From contig JAGCVC010000020.1 of assembly GCA_017962565.1 (NCBI GenBank), forward strand, positions 161,617 to 225,616: a DNA stretch of 64,000 nt, written 5' to 3'. The DNA comes from Alphaproteobacteria bacterium. Its GTDB lineage: Bacteria; Pseudomonadota; Alphaproteobacteria; CAAHEQ01; UBA3637. How positions within the stretch are numbered: the first letter of the stretch is position 1; every line of letters starts with the position of its first letter. The position numbers and the translations under genes are program-made. The notes beneath the pieces were generated by a model. That model saw nothing but the letters and a program-made list of their open reading frames with translations, made no database searches and was not told the origin of the DNA. Positions 42,619-56,699 of the stretch are shown in pieces.

Positions 42619-43260
42619 ATGGGAGATAAGTATAAACTTTTTTTATGGGTTGTCATTCTTTTTTTGAGTATGTCTGTTCACGCTCAATGTCCGGACATGG
42701 GAAAACCAAAATTAGATATTACTTTTAAATACGGCAAAATTTTTTATGTTAATGATAAAAGCAGTAAAGATTTCCCCGGTGAACCTTATTCTTCAGTCAT
42801 GGGATTAACTGTGACAAATTTAAAAAATACAGTTTCCGGTTCCGTAAAAGTACAACAAATCGGAAGAGACAGCTACTGTTTCCTATTAAGTAAGCTGAAT
42901 GTGGAAATAGGTTTTCCCCGCATAGATATTTATATTGATAAAAAATACAGACCGGGTTCCTGTAATTATAAGGTTATTAAAGAACACGAAAATTATCATG
43001 CTCGTGTCCACCAGGAAGGACTGAAATTTTTCTCAAAAAAAATTGAAAAAGCCTATCAAATTGCTTTAAACAAACTTCGTCCCGTTGAATTTCAGTCCGA
43101 ACAGGGTGCTCAACAAATAAGCTTGCAAATGATAAAGCAGGTAGAGCAAGATGTTCAACCTTTACTTGACTATGTGCAAAAAAGATTAACCGAAGAAAAT
43201 TTGGTTATAGATACCAATTCTTCTTACGAAGCAGAAAGCAAACGTTGCCCGGAGTGGTAA
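42619..43260 (+). CDS. Secreted protein with HExxH (putative Zn peptidase)
   Basis: Signal peptide; C.YKVIKEHENYH. Confidence 0.65.
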   Translation: MGDKYKLFLWVVILFLSMSVHAQCPDMGKPKLDITFKYGKIFYVNDKSSKDFPGEPYSSVMGLTVTNLKNTVSGSVKVQQIGRDSYCFLLSKLNVEIGFPRIDIYIDKKYRPGSCNYKVIKEHENYHARVHQEGLKFFSKKIEKAYQIALNKLRPVEFQSEQGAQQISLQMIKQVEQDVQPLLDYVQKRLTEENLVIDTNSSYEAESKRCPEW

Positions 43261-43335
43261 AATTTTATTTTATCAATCTTTTGTTAAGAATTATCCGTAA
43301 TAATATGTTTATTGTTTTGGATAAAGGGGTCTTTT

Positions 43336-44592
43336 GTGTTAAAAAAGCTTATTCTTATTCTTATATGTCTTTTTATAAGCCGACCTGTTTTGGCTGTTAC
43401 ATCAACTCTGGTTGCTGACGTACAAAGCGGTTATGTACTACACGCACAAAATGCTGACAGACAGCAATATCCTGCTTCTTTAACAAAAGTAATGACTTTG
43501 TACATTACATTTGATGCTTTGGAAAAAGGTTTAATCAGTATGGATGATTTGTTACCCGTTTCAAAGCACGCTGCAAAACAACCCAAATCAAAACTTTACT
43601 TAAAAGAAGGTTCTGTTATTTCTGTCAGGGATGCTATTTTAGCTTTGATTGTCAAATCTGCAAACGATGCCGCAGTTGTTTTGGCAGAAGGGCTGGCTCC
43701 TTCGGAAGAAGATTTTGCATTGATGATGACTCGTTTTGCAAAAGATTTGGGCTTAACTCATACAACATTTAAAAACGCATCCGGATTGCATAATCCCGAA
43801 CAAGTTACTTCGGCAAAAGATATGGCCGTATTAGCTATTGCCATGATTAACCACTTTCCGCAATACTATCCGTTGTTTTCAACAAAGTCTTTCAAGTTCA
43901 ATGGAAAAACATATTATTCACATAATGGCATTTTGCTTTACTATAAGGGCGCAGAAGGATTTAAGACGGGCTTTGTTTCGGCAGTCGGTTACAACATTGT
44001 TTCAACTGCAAAACGTGACGGGCGTACGTTGGTTGGCGTAGTCATCGGAGAAAACAGTGCTGAAAAACGCGACAGAAAAATGAAATCTTTATTGGATGTT
44101 GGATTTAAAAAAGCCAAAGAAAAAGAAGTTCAATTAGCAAAGTTGGGACAAAATCCATTCTTAAAAAAGGCTTTTATTTCAAAATCGCACAGAGATATTT
44201 ATGATCCGGTTTTAATCGCCAGTGTTGCTCGCACACGTGCAAAAGTAACCGAATTAACGGCAACCGGTAATCAAATTTTATTAGCTTCTATCCCGTTATC
44301 TTCTCTTGAAGATGATACAATTCAAATTGATCAAGGTGACTATATACCTGCAGATTGGAGCATTCAAATCGGGGCTTTTTCTTCAAAGGCAAAAGCAGAA
44401 AAACAAGCTCAAACAGCTCAAGAAATTTTAAAAATCAAAACAACCGCCGTAAAATTGCCAGAACATTCTTCTTTATTCCGATCCAGATTATCGGGATTTG
44501 AAACAAAAGAAGATGCGGAAGCCGCTTGCAAAATTTTGGCGGGCAAGTCTATGCCTTGTTTAGCTATTGCACCACATAAAGGAATGTACTAA
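43336..44592 (+). CDS. D-alanyl-D-alanine carboxypeptidase (S11) with SPOR domain
   Basis: PASLTK, SAN, KTG motifs; C-terminal WSIQIGAF...AEAACK. Confidence 0.92.
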   Translation: MLKKLILILICLFISRPVLAVTSTLVADVQSGYVLHAQNADRQQYPASLTKVMTLYITFDALEKGLISMDDLLPVSKHAAKQPKSKLYLKEGSVISVRDAILALIVKSANDAAVVLAEGLAPSEEDFALMMTRFAKDLGLTHTTFKNASGLHNPEQVTSAKDMAVLAIAMINHFPQYYPLFSTKSFKFNGKTYYSHNGILLYYKGAEGFKTGFVSAVGYNIVSTAKRDGRTLVGVVIGENSAEKRDRKMKSLLDVGFKKAKEKEVQLAKLGQNPFLKKAFISKSHRDIYDPVLIASVARTRAKVTELTATGNQILLASIPLSSLEDDTIQIDQGDYIPADWSIQIGAFSSKAKAEKQAQTAQEILKIKTTAVKLPEHSSLFRSRLSGFETKEDAEAACKILAGKSMPCLAIAPHKGMY

Positions 44593-44648
44593 AAAATTTT
44601 GCTTTTCTTGTTAATTGAACTATGATATATTGCACAAGAAAAGGAAAA

Positions 44649-45392
44649 ATGATGAAAAAAATATTTTTAATAGCTTTTTTATGTTTGATTTTGTCTGGTT
44701 GTGCTTCTGATGAAGTGATGCCTGAAAAATCCGTGGAAACCTTGTACAATGAAGCAATGGATTATGTCGAAGACGAAAGTTATGATAAGGCAATTAAGCT
44801 ATTTGATGAAGTAGAACGTCAACATCCATATTCACCCTGGGCTGCCAAGGCTCAAATTATGACCGCCTATTTGTATTACAAGCAACCTAAGTACAATGAT
44901 GCTGTTTTAGCAATCAACCGTTTTTTAAGTTTGCATCCGGGTAACAAATATGCTCCCTATGCTTATTATCTGAAAGGTATGTGTTATTACGAACAAATCA
45001 CAGACACAGATCGTTCACAAATGCCAACGCAGGAAGCATATGATACATTCAATCGATTAATTGTCCTTTATCCGAATACTGAATACGCAAAAGATGCCGT
45101 TGCCAAAATGCGCCTGACATTAAATCACATTGCCGGTAAAGAATTAACCATCGGACGTTATTATTTAAAACAAGGAAAATATGGTGCCGCACTCAATCGT
45201 TTTGCAGATGTGGTACGTAATTATCAAAACACAGAACAAGTCGAAGAAGCTTTATATCGTTTAACCGAAACGTATTTGATTTTGGGATTAGATGATGAAG
45301 CAAAACGTGCTGCTGCGGTTTTAGGATATAACTATCCTGCATCCGAATGGTACAAAAAAGCATACAATTTGATGGAAAAAGAGAAAAAATAA
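44649..45392 (+). CDS. bamD: Outer membrane assembly lipoprotein BamD
   Basis: Lipobox LSGC, FDEVERQHPYS, AAAVLGYNYP; upstream of recN. Confidence 0.95.
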   Translation: MMKKIFLIAFLCLILSGCASDEVMPEKSVETLYNEAMDYVEDESYDKAIKLFDEVERQHPYSPWAAKAQIMTAYLYYKQPKYNDAVLAINRFLSLHPGNKYAPYAYYLKGMCYYEQITDTDRSQMPTQEAYDTFNRLIVLYPNTEYAKDAVAKMRLTLNHIAGKELTIGRYYLKQGKYGAALNRFADVVRNYQNTEQVEEALYRLTETYLILGLDDEAKRAAAVLGYNYPASEWYKKAYNLMEKEKK

Positions 45393-45393
45393 T

Positions 45394-49130
<3,737 letters not shown>

Positions 49131-49170
49131 AAGTCTGCTAGACTGAAAAAAAGGACAATGGGGAAACAAG

Positions 49171-52104
49171 ATGACCGACGAAAAAAAAGAGATTCAGAAT
49201 AAAGAAAATCCGACAAAAACCGGCTCGGAATCAGAATATGTCGGGCCGCCCAAATCGCACGAATTTAAGGATAACAACAACCAGGAAATTAAAACCAGTA
49301 CAAAAGCACGTATCTTGTCTGATCCTTCTCGTCCCGATTTAAAATTTCCTGTTCCCCAAGAAGTAAGTCCGGATATAAACATCGATGAAATAGATGAAAG
49401 CACTCTTGAAATAGATGAAGACAGCATCTTAATGAAACACGGTGACTTCAAAGGCGATGGTGGCAGCAACGAATTGCTTCGTGCTATCGTGGCTGAAGAT
49501 CCTACCTTTGTAGTTAAAGAGGATGTTAGAAAGGGAGGAATCAAGGGTAGTAAAGGCGGGAGTAACGCCGCTAAAAAGAAAAGTTTCGATGCTAAAGCAT
49601 TCCAAAAAGAATTAGAAGAAAAACTAAAGAAGCTGTGGGAAAAGCGTAAGATAATAAAAGAATTTTACGAAAAGAACATCAAATATTTCCATGCATTAAA
49701 TGTTTTATGGATGATTGCAAAATCTGTCTTTTATTCTATCGGCTTAGCTTTCTTTATTGTGTGCTTATTCTTCTTTATTTCGTTTAATTCCCTTATTCGA
49801 TCATATCTGAACAAAAAAGGGTTGGAAAATGTCACGTTTGGGAGGATCGAACATTCCTTATCCGGTTTTGTTTTCCATGATATCCGGGAAAAGAATGGTT
49901 TGTTTTCCATCAACAGTATCAAAGCTCAATACAGTTTTGCAGATTTATTGGAAAAGAAGATTCCTTTTGTTGGAGTTGATACATTAAAAATATATATTCA
50001 AGAAGGTGAAAATGCAAAGAATACATCACAAGAACTTACAAAAATTTTACTGAGTTTAGGTATTTTTGATAAAAATTCGCTTTTCTCGATTAATTCACTA
50101 CATTTTGAAAATTCTGTTTTGTATGTCGGAAACAAAGAATACAAATTACCAGTTAGTTTCTCAGGAGTCGGTAGTTTAGAGGCAACAAAACATTTCTTGT
50201 TCCCTATTACATTGAAAAATGAGTATGTAAAATTGAATGCCAATGTAGAACTTGACATTGCTTCTTCATCATCAACATGGAAAATGGAGATTGTAAGTGG
50301 TTCTTTGACATTACCGAATATAGAAGAAAAGAATCTGACCGGAACGGCAACGCTTAAAACGGCAAATGGAACGTTTAATTCCATTAATTTTGCCGGACAA
50401 TTAAAGGATGATGAATCGACAAAAGAAGTATCCATTTATGCTTCTAAAAACGCTAATTCAGCTTGGTCAATAAGAGTCAACTTGGCAGTTCCTCAAAAGG
50501 GCGATCCAACTACTTATCTATTGAGTTTATCAAACGTCCTAATAGGAAAAGATTGGAAGTCGTTCAAATCCGAATCTCCCATTTCACTCAAAGTATCAAA
50601 CTTTCAATATGATGATTTTAAAGCCGATGAAATTAAAGTTTCCGGAAGGGGATCTTTAAATTGTGCGCTTGATGGCTGTACCTATGTTGTAAAGGAAAAA
50701 TCGGATATTATTTTATTTTCACCGTCCTATACTCTTTACGAAACAAATTTTTCCGTGAACTATCCTATATATATTGAGGTGCTTCCGACAAAAGAAGCTG
50801 CTTTAACATTAAGAGCAGATAAACTTCTTTTTGATATTCGTTCAGCCGCAAGCACATTTGCCTTACGGAAAAAGTCAGGAGTTGTTACCAACCAACCAAC
50901 TGATGTTAGCATCAATAATTCTCATATAAAAGGATCTTTCAGTTTGGAGGATAAATCATTCAATGCTGATGTTTTAATTAACTATAAAGAGATTAACGAT
51001 ACAAATTTCCGATTGGCAAACGGTAATGTACATTTCTCCCTTAACAAAGGTGATTTAACAACGCGAATAGTTTCGCAGAGAGCACGTTTAAAAACGTTTG
51101 ATTATTTTAAACCTGAAGTCAATTTAGTTTTAGATATTTTACCGAATAATTATTTCGATGCGACTGTAAAAAGTGATAAAAATAATTTATCTATAACAGC
51201 AGATGGTTACTATAATCCGTATAGTCTCAACGCCTCTGTAGCAATTCAAACGACGACCCCTATCGTTTTTGGCGAAGATCAACCTTTACCTCAGGATGTG
51301 TCGTCTTTCTTCAGCGAGCATCTTAGAAATGTATCAGGTTCTGTAAGTATAAAGGGAATGATACATTATAAAGACCTTCGTTCTATTAGTGGTCCTTTGA
51401 AAGTCTTAATTGATGATGCATCTTTTACTTACGGAAACACAACTGTTAAGGGATTAAGTACTGTTTTAAATATTTCTCAAATTGTTCCTTTCGGCGCACA
51501 AGGTGTTCAAAATATTTATGCAGAGGAAGTAACAAACATTCTGCCATTCACAAATGCTAATGCACAGGTATTCTTTGATGCAGGACGTAAACAATTCAAT
51601 TTTTCTTCTTTGTCGATTGACGTAGCGGGATATTCATTACTTATCGATCCAATGTGGTACAGTTACACATCCCCTGTTTACACCTTTAATTTTAAGGGCA
51701 GACCTGTTCTGGCACAAAGTATTGTGGATGCGACAACATTGAAAGATGTTCAAATTAAAGGAAATGCATCCGTTAATCTTTCTTTGCAAATGGAAGGACC
51801 TGAATTTTCCTTAAAATCATTTGAATTTTTGATTCCTTCCGATGGAACTATTTATTATACACCGTCATCTTATCCTCACTCTTATTTGGAAAACTTGAAA
51901 CAGCTTGATTTCAGAAGGTTATCCATTTATTTAACAGAACAAGATAAAGAAAATGAATTAATCTTTTCCAGCGAAAACAAAGCAAATAAAGTAAAAAAGA
52001 AAACAAGTTTCCGTATGAAAGTCGAAGAACCGCTTCCAAGCTACATAAAAGAACAAAAAATAATAGTTCCGAATTTTGTTAAGGAAGAAAAAGGAAGCTT
52101 TTAA
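49171..52104 (+). CDS. YdbH/AsmA-like large beta-rich envelope protein with long N-terminal extension
   Basis: TM at about residues 175-205, long beta-rich body, C-terminal SDGTIYYTP...LENLKQLDF resembling YdbH. Confidence 0.55.
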   Translation: MTDEKKEIQNKENPTKTGSESEYVGPPKSHEFKDNNNQEIKTSTKARILSDPSRPDLKFPVPQEVSPDINIDEIDESTLEIDEDSILMKHGDFKGDGGSNELLRAIVAEDPTFVVKEDVRKGGIKGSKGGSNAAKKKSFDAKAFQKELEEKLKKLWEKRKIIKEFYEKNIKYFHALNVLWMIAKSVFYSIGLAFFIVCLFFFISFNSLIRSYLNKKGLENVTFGRIEHSLSGFVFHDIREKNGLFSINSIKAQYSFADLLEKKIPFVGVDTLKIYIQEGENAKNTSQELTKILLSLGIFDKNSLFSINSLHFENSVLYVGNKEYKLPVSFSGVGSLEATKHFLFPITLKNEYVKLNANVELDIASSSSTWKMEIVSGSLTLPNIEEKNLTGTATLKTANGTFNSINFAGQLKDDESTKEVSIYASKNANSAWSIRVNLAVPQKGDPTTYLLSLSNVLIGKDWKSFKSESPISLKVSNFQYDDFKADEIKVSGRGSLNCALDGCTYVVKEKSDIILFSPSYTLYETNFSVNYPIYIEVLPTKEAALTLRADKLLFDIRSAASTFALRKKSGVVTNQPTDVSINNSHIKGSFSLEDKSFNADVLINYKEINDTNFRLANGNVHFSLNKGDLTTRIVSQRARLKTFDYFKPEVNLVLDILPNNYFDATVKSDKNNLSITADGYYNPYSLNASVAIQTTTPIVFGEDQPLPQDVSSFFSEHLRNVSGSVSIKGMIHYKDLRSISGPLKVLIDDASFTYGNTTVKGLSTVLNISQIVPFGAQGVQNIYAEEVTNILPFTNANAQVFFDAGRKQFNFSSLSIDVAGYSLLIDPMWYSYTSPVYTFNFKGRPVLAQSIVDATTLKDVQIKGNASVNLSLQMEGPEFSLKSFEFLIPSDGTIYYTPSSYPHSYLENLKQLDFRRLSIYLTEQDKENELIFSSENKANKVKKKTSFRMKVEEPLPSYIKEQKIIVPNFVKEEKGSF

Positions 52105-52518
52105 TTGATGTCTGTTTTTCTTCTTTGTTTCTTGATTGCTTTGTGGACGCTTATCTTAATTCAAACGCATTATCTTTTTACTTGTCTGATTGCATTGATT
52201 TTTGTTATCGGAATCTTCTTGCTTTCTCAAAAACAACCCAATATCCGATTACCAAAAATTTTTTTGATATCAAGTAAAGTCATCTTAGCAATATCTTTTT
52301 GGTCTTGTGTCGCTTTTTGTTTATTTTCTTATGAAAAAAGCATTGCGTGCACAAATTGTATACGAGAACACCTTCGCCAAACAGATTTAATAAGTGCAAT
52401 AAATTTACAAACCTTATGGGCCTCTTATTCACGATTTATTACCATAATCGGATTGTTTATTTTGTGGGTCATTACCTTTGTTCTGATAACAAAAAAAAGG
52501 ATAAACGCAAATGATTGA
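52105..52518 (+). CDS. Small membrane protein, possible NuoJ vestige
   Basis: Several TMs; C-terminal LWASY...IGLFILWVITFVLITKKR resembles the NuoJ last helix. Confidence 0.45.
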   Translation: MMSVFLLCFLIALWTLILIQTHYLFTCLIALIFVIGIFLLSQKQPNIRLPKIFLISSKVILAISFWSCVAFCLFSYEKSIACTNCIREHLRQTDLISAINLQTLWASYSRFITIIGLFILWVITFVLITKKRINAND

Positions 52519-53149
52519 TTTTTCATTTTTAAACGGCTTATGGATTGCCTTTATTCTGACTTCATTTGCTTCCTTTTTTGTTTTCTTTGCAAGACAATTT
52601 AAATTACTTGTCATGGGTGCTTCTTTGGCCTTATCTGGCATCAGCCTTCAATTTTTAGATGTTGATATTTTTCGTATATCAGAAAACGGACAAATTATCG
52701 TTGCCGGTTTATGGATTTTATTTTTATTTCAAATTATTGCTTTTAAGTGGATTTTAATCACAAAGACAAAACTTCACCATTCATTCTTCTTTTTACCGTT
52801 TTTAGCCTTTGTATCAATGGCAATTTCTTTGGATTTACTTACCTTTGCACTGGGCTTATCTCTTTTCAATATTACGTTTACATCTCTGAGTGCGCTAAAG
52901 GGGAAACCAAAAGAGCAAATATTTATCGCCATTCAAAAAATGATGATTGCCTTTTTAAGTTACGCTTATGGTATGGCAATTTTGTTTTCCAGAGAAGGAA
53001 ATATTTTATTTAATCGACTATACCCAAAATTAAGCAAACTTGAATGGGACGAATGGACAACATTAGGCATCGGTTTAATTGTTTTGGCAATAGGCATTGA
53101 ACTATATGCAATTATTCCTTTAATCGGTAAGAAAAATGAAAAAGTTTGA
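52511..53149 (+). CDS. Membrane protein, truncated degenerate NuoN-like
   Basis: SLDLLTFALGLSL, YGMAILF..G..F, GLIVLAIGIEL..IP parallel NuoN helices; immediately upstream of birA. Confidence 0.55.
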   Translation: MIDFSFLNGLWIAFILTSFASFFVFFARQFKLLVMGASLALSGISLQFLDVDIFRISENGQIIVAGLWILFLFQIIAFKWILITKTKLHHSFFFLPFLAFVSMAISLDLLTFALGLSLFNITFTSLSALKGKPKEQIFIAIQKMMIAFLSYAYGMAILFSREGNILFNRLYPKLSKLEWDEWTTLGIGLIVLAIGIELYAIIPLIGKKNEKV

Positions 53150-53828
53150 AATTATTTTTAAAGAAACTTGTACCAGTACAAATGACGTAGCAAAAGAATT
53201 GCCCGTTTATACGGCTGTCTATGCCGGACGGCAAACAAACGGTCGGGGACGAATGGGACGCACGTGGCAAGATGGGCAAGGAAATTTAATGACCAGTATT
53301 GTCTTACCCAAACCTAAACAAGCGCATCTTTTTTCTTTTATTGCTTCTTTATCCGTGGCACAAAGTATCGCTTTTCTATCGCCTCGCATTAAATGGCCAA
53401 ATGATATATTGATCGAAGGCAAAAAAGTTTGTGGCATTTTATTGGAAACTCATGAAGATAAATTAATTATCGGAATCGGCGTTAATATAGAAAACCATCC
53501 GCAAACGGGCATGCTTTATAAAACAACTTGTTTAAAAGAACACGGGCGCACCGTTGAAGCAAAAAAATTGCTATCTGATATTTTACAAAATCTTTCTTTT
53601 ATGATAGAATGTTTTGAAAAGAAAGGTTTTGCACCTATTCGTTTGGAATGGTTGGAATTTGCATGTGGCATTGGACAACCGATCACAGTTAATTTACCAA
53701 ATCAATCTATTGAAGGTATATTTAGCGGCATTAATGAAAATGGTGCATTGATTTTAACAACAAAAAATCAAACGCAATTTATTACTGCGGGTGATGTTTT
53801 TATGATTGATGGAAAAAAAGATGAATAA
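53136..53828 (+). CDS. birA: Biotin-protein ligase (no HTH)
   Basis: STN, QTNGRGRMGRTW, KWPND, KVCGIL, GIGVN. Confidence 0.95.
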   Translation: MKKFEIIFKETCTSTNDVAKELPVYTAVYAGRQTNGRGRMGRTWQDGQGNLMTSIVLPKPKQAHLFSFIASLSVAQSIAFLSPRIKWPNDILIEGKKVCGILLETHEDKLIIGIGVNIENHPQTGMLYKTTCLKEHGRTVEAKKLLSDILQNLSFMIECFEKKGFAPIRLEWLEFACGIGQPITVNLPNQSIEGIFSGINENGALILTTKNQTQFITAGDVFMIDGKKDE

Positions 53829-55518
53829 AGAAAATGAATTATCCGATAATTCAATGCAAGAAGAACAACCGGAAGTTTTAATTCCAAATGATTCTTTGGT
53901 TTTTGTCCCCTTGGGTGGCATAACGGGAATCGGGATGAATTTCTTTTTATACGGTTATCAAGGCAAATGGTTAGTTGTTGATTGCGGAATGGGTTTTTCC
54001 GATGATCACTTTCCTGGTGTTGATTTATTATTACCTGATCCGACTTTTATTGCTCGACATAAAAAAGATATTGTCGGATTGGTCATTACACATGGGCATG
54101 AAGATCATATCGGAGCGATTCCTTATTTGTGGCGGGATTTACAATGTCCGATTTATGCAACACCCTTTACAGCTGAATTGATAGAAGATAAGTTAATGGA
54201 ATTCGATTTGATGCGGCGCGCCGAAATCAATGTTGTAGAAAAGGACAGTACAATTGATTTAAATCCCTTTGAAATTGAATTTATTTCAACAGACCACTCT
54301 ATACCGGAACCAAATATGCTTGCTATTCATACACCAGAAGGAATTATTGTCCATTCAGGCGACTGGCGTTTTGGACAGAATGACATTGATATAGATACAA
54401 AACCATTACAAAAACTTGGAAAAAAAGGTGTATTAGCTTTAATTTCCGATTCGACAAACATTTTTGTTCCTGCACAAGAAAAAAGCGAACTGGACGTTGC
54501 TAATACATTAAAAGAACTTTTTGCAAAACAAAAAGGCCGTATTTTTATTACATGTTTTGCATCAAACGTCACGCGCATGGAAAGTATTTATAAAGCCGCA
54601 AAAGAAAACGGACGTTTTGTTTGTCTGTTAGGCAGATCGTTGTGGCGAATCGATGATGCTGCACGTTCTACCGGTTATTTAAAAGACGTTTTACCTTTTT
54701 TAACGGAAGAACAAGCTGAAGAACTTGACAGTAATAAAATTGTTTATGTTTGCACCGGGTCACAAGGTGAACCTTACTCTTCACTTTCAAAATTGGCATC
54801 TGTTAACAATGCTTCATCTATTCGTTTAAACGAAACGGATGTTGTTATCTTTTCATCACGCGTTATTCCGGGAAATGAACAGGCAATTGCAAGTCTGCAA
54901 AGACGTTTAATGGCCACCGGTTGCAAAATTATTACGGACAAAGATGCCTTGGTACATGTATCCGGACACCCTGCCCGCGCAGATGTACAAAAACTGTATC
55001 AAATATTGAAACCTAAGATTGTTATTCCTGTCCATGGTGAACCTTTACAATTGATTGAACAAAAAAAATTGGCATTAGAATCCGGAATAAAAATCGCAAT
55101 TAATTTGGAAGAAGGGGACGTATTGGAATTAAATGATGCCGAACCGGAAATCTTGGGTGAAGTCCCGGTCGGTTGTTTGGCCGTTGACGGGAAAAAGATT
55201 ATTCCAATCAGCGCAAGTGTCATCAAAAAGCGTCGTCAAATGATTGATGCAGGATCTGTTGTTGTCACTGTTGTCGTCAACAGAAACGGTGAAATTTTGG
55301 GACAACCACAACTGTCTTCCTTCGGTTTATTGACTGAAGAAGATGGCAGTCAAGATGAATTATTCAAAAGCATTTTTGACACCGTTCAAAATCTGGATGA
55401 AAACAAAAAGAAAGATGATGTAGTCTTAAAAGAAGAAATTCGAATTGCTGTTCGTCACTTCATCAACGAAATGTACGGAAAAAAACCATTATTGGAAATT
55501 CATTTAATTCGGATTTAA
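53821..55518 (+). CDS. rnj: Ribonuclease J
   Basis: PLGG..GIGMN, THGHEDHIG, TGSQGEP, HVSGH, PVHGE, C-terminal GKKP domain; birA-rnj synteny. Confidence 0.95.
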   Translation: MNKENELSDNSMQEEQPEVLIPNDSLVFVPLGGITGIGMNFFLYGYQGKWLVVDCGMGFSDDHFPGVDLLLPDPTFIARHKKDIVGLVITHGHEDHIGAIPYLWRDLQCPIYATPFTAELIEDKLMEFDLMRRAEINVVEKDSTIDLNPFEIEFISTDHSIPEPNMLAIHTPEGIIVHSGDWRFGQNDIDIDTKPLQKLGKKGVLALISDSTNIFVPAQEKSELDVANTLKELFAKQKGRIFITCFASNVTRMESIYKAAKENGRFVCLLGRSLWRIDDAARSTGYLKDVLPFLTEEQAEELDSNKIVYVCTGSQGEPYSSLSKLASVNNASSIRLNETDVVIFSSRVIPGNEQAIASLQRRLMATGCKIITDKDALVHVSGHPARADVQKLYQILKPKIVIPVHGEPLQLIEQKKLALESGIKIAINLEEGDVLELNDAEPEILGEVPVGCLAVDGKKIIPISASVIKKRRQMIDAGSVVVTVVVNRNGEILGQPQLSSFGLLTEEDGSQDELFKSIFDTVQNLDENKKKDDVVLKEEIRIAVRHFINEMYGKKPLLEIHLIRI

Positions 55519-55525
55519 AGGTAAA

Positions 55526-56116
55526 TCACTTTTCATTTAAAGCCTTCATCAGCAATCGATAGGCTTGCGTGATATTTTTGAAGACTTCCTCTGCTTCTTT
55601 CGAACCACCATTTTTGTCCGGATGGTATCTTTTTGCCAATGCTTTATACTGCACCTTCACGGTTTCGGTTGTAATAGGCGGATTTAAGTTCAAAGTCCGA
55701 ATTGCATCCAAATGTTCAACCGTTGCCAAAAAAGGTCTTTTAATCTGTGCATCTTTACTTTCAAAATCATCCATTTCAGGTAAAACACGACGTTTTTTCT
55801 GACGTCCTTTTGATAATCCTAAAATATCCAACGGATCTTTTAAAGCATTCGCGTACAAATCATTAACATGCCATGTCGGACGATGTCCAACTATATCTAA
55901 TTGAATTTGCATTTCTATCTCATCAGGACTCATACCTTCGTAAAAGTTCCAATTTTTGTTATACTCTTGGACATGTTCCAAACAAAACCAATAAAAATTT
56001 TTCAAAGTTCTATCTTTGGGGGCACGATAGATACCCTCTTTCTTACAACCCTTGCAATCACAAGGTTTTCCTGTACTTTCCGGAATATACTTTTTACTAC
56101 TTTTACGTATACCCAT
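55526..56116 (-). CDS. J-domain protein (alphaproteobacterial type with N-terminal Cys motif)
   Basis: CDCKGC...YRAPK...WFCLEHVQEYNKNWN; C-terminal J domain with HPD. Confidence 0.9.
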   Translation of the reverse strand: MGIRKSSKKYIPESTGKPCDCKGCKKEGIYRAPKDRTLKNFYWFCLEHVQEYNKNWNFYEGMSPDEIEMQIQLDIVGHRPTWHVNDLYANALKDPLDILGLSKGRQKKRRVLPEMDDFESKDAQIKRPFLATVEHLDAIRTLNLNPPITTETVKVQYKALAKRYHPDKNGGSKEAEEVFKNITQAYRLLMKALNEK

Positions 56117-56266
56117 TATAATATTTTCTTCTATTTATAAAAAATATTCACTTATTATATTGCAATATAATCGTTTATGACCTATTATAAAGTGTATAAA
56201 CGATTTGTTACAATCGTTTTAGTTAAAATTAATTTGTTATGATAACTGAAAAGAAAGGAAAAATCA

Positions 56267-56563
56267 ATGCTTTTATGTAAAAATGTCGTTGTAAATGGTC
56301 GCAGAACGAGTATGCGTTTAGATAAAGAAACTTGGTTGGCTCTTTCAGACATCTGCAAAAGAGAAAACATTACACTTTACAAGTTATGTTCCTTGATTGA
56401 TTCATCAAAAGGATCTTCGGGTTTATCTTCAGCGACACGTTTATTTGTTTTAACATATTATCGCCGTTCCTTAGCAAAATATGAAATCGGCGTTAAACCT
56501 ACAATGGAAGCGGCTCCCAGTTTTCGTGTAGAACAAGTTTTAAATGCTGTTCGCAGTCAATAA
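56267..56563 (+). CDS. Ribbon-helix-helix domain protein (RHH_4-like)
   Basis: GRRTSMRLD..TW.AL.DIC.RE...LSSATRLFVL.YYR. Confidence 0.88.
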   Translation: MLLCKNVVVNGRRTSMRLDKETWLALSDICKRENITLYKLCSLIDSSKGSSGLSSATRLFVLTYYRRSLAKYEIGVKPTMEAAPSFRVEQVLNAVRSQ

Positions 56564-56583
56564 TTCCCGTTTTATACCCTGGG

Positions 56584-56617
56584 AAAAAAGGATTAATCGA
56601 CATGATTAGTCCTTTTT
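56584..56617 (+). terminator. Terminator after the RHH gene
   Basis: AAAAAGGATTAATC/GATTAGTCCTTTTT hairpin. Confidence 0.7.
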
Positions 56618-56699
56618 CTTTTAAAAAATTCATTTTTTACTAGCCTTTTTATTATTATTAAAGTATAATCAAGTAAATTTAGTTATGGAAAGGTGAAAA

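Noticed and set aside
43273-43288. CtrA-like TCAA-N7-TTAAG before the carboxypeptidase gene
   Set aside because: Imperfect match in AT-rich DNA; not distinguishable from chance
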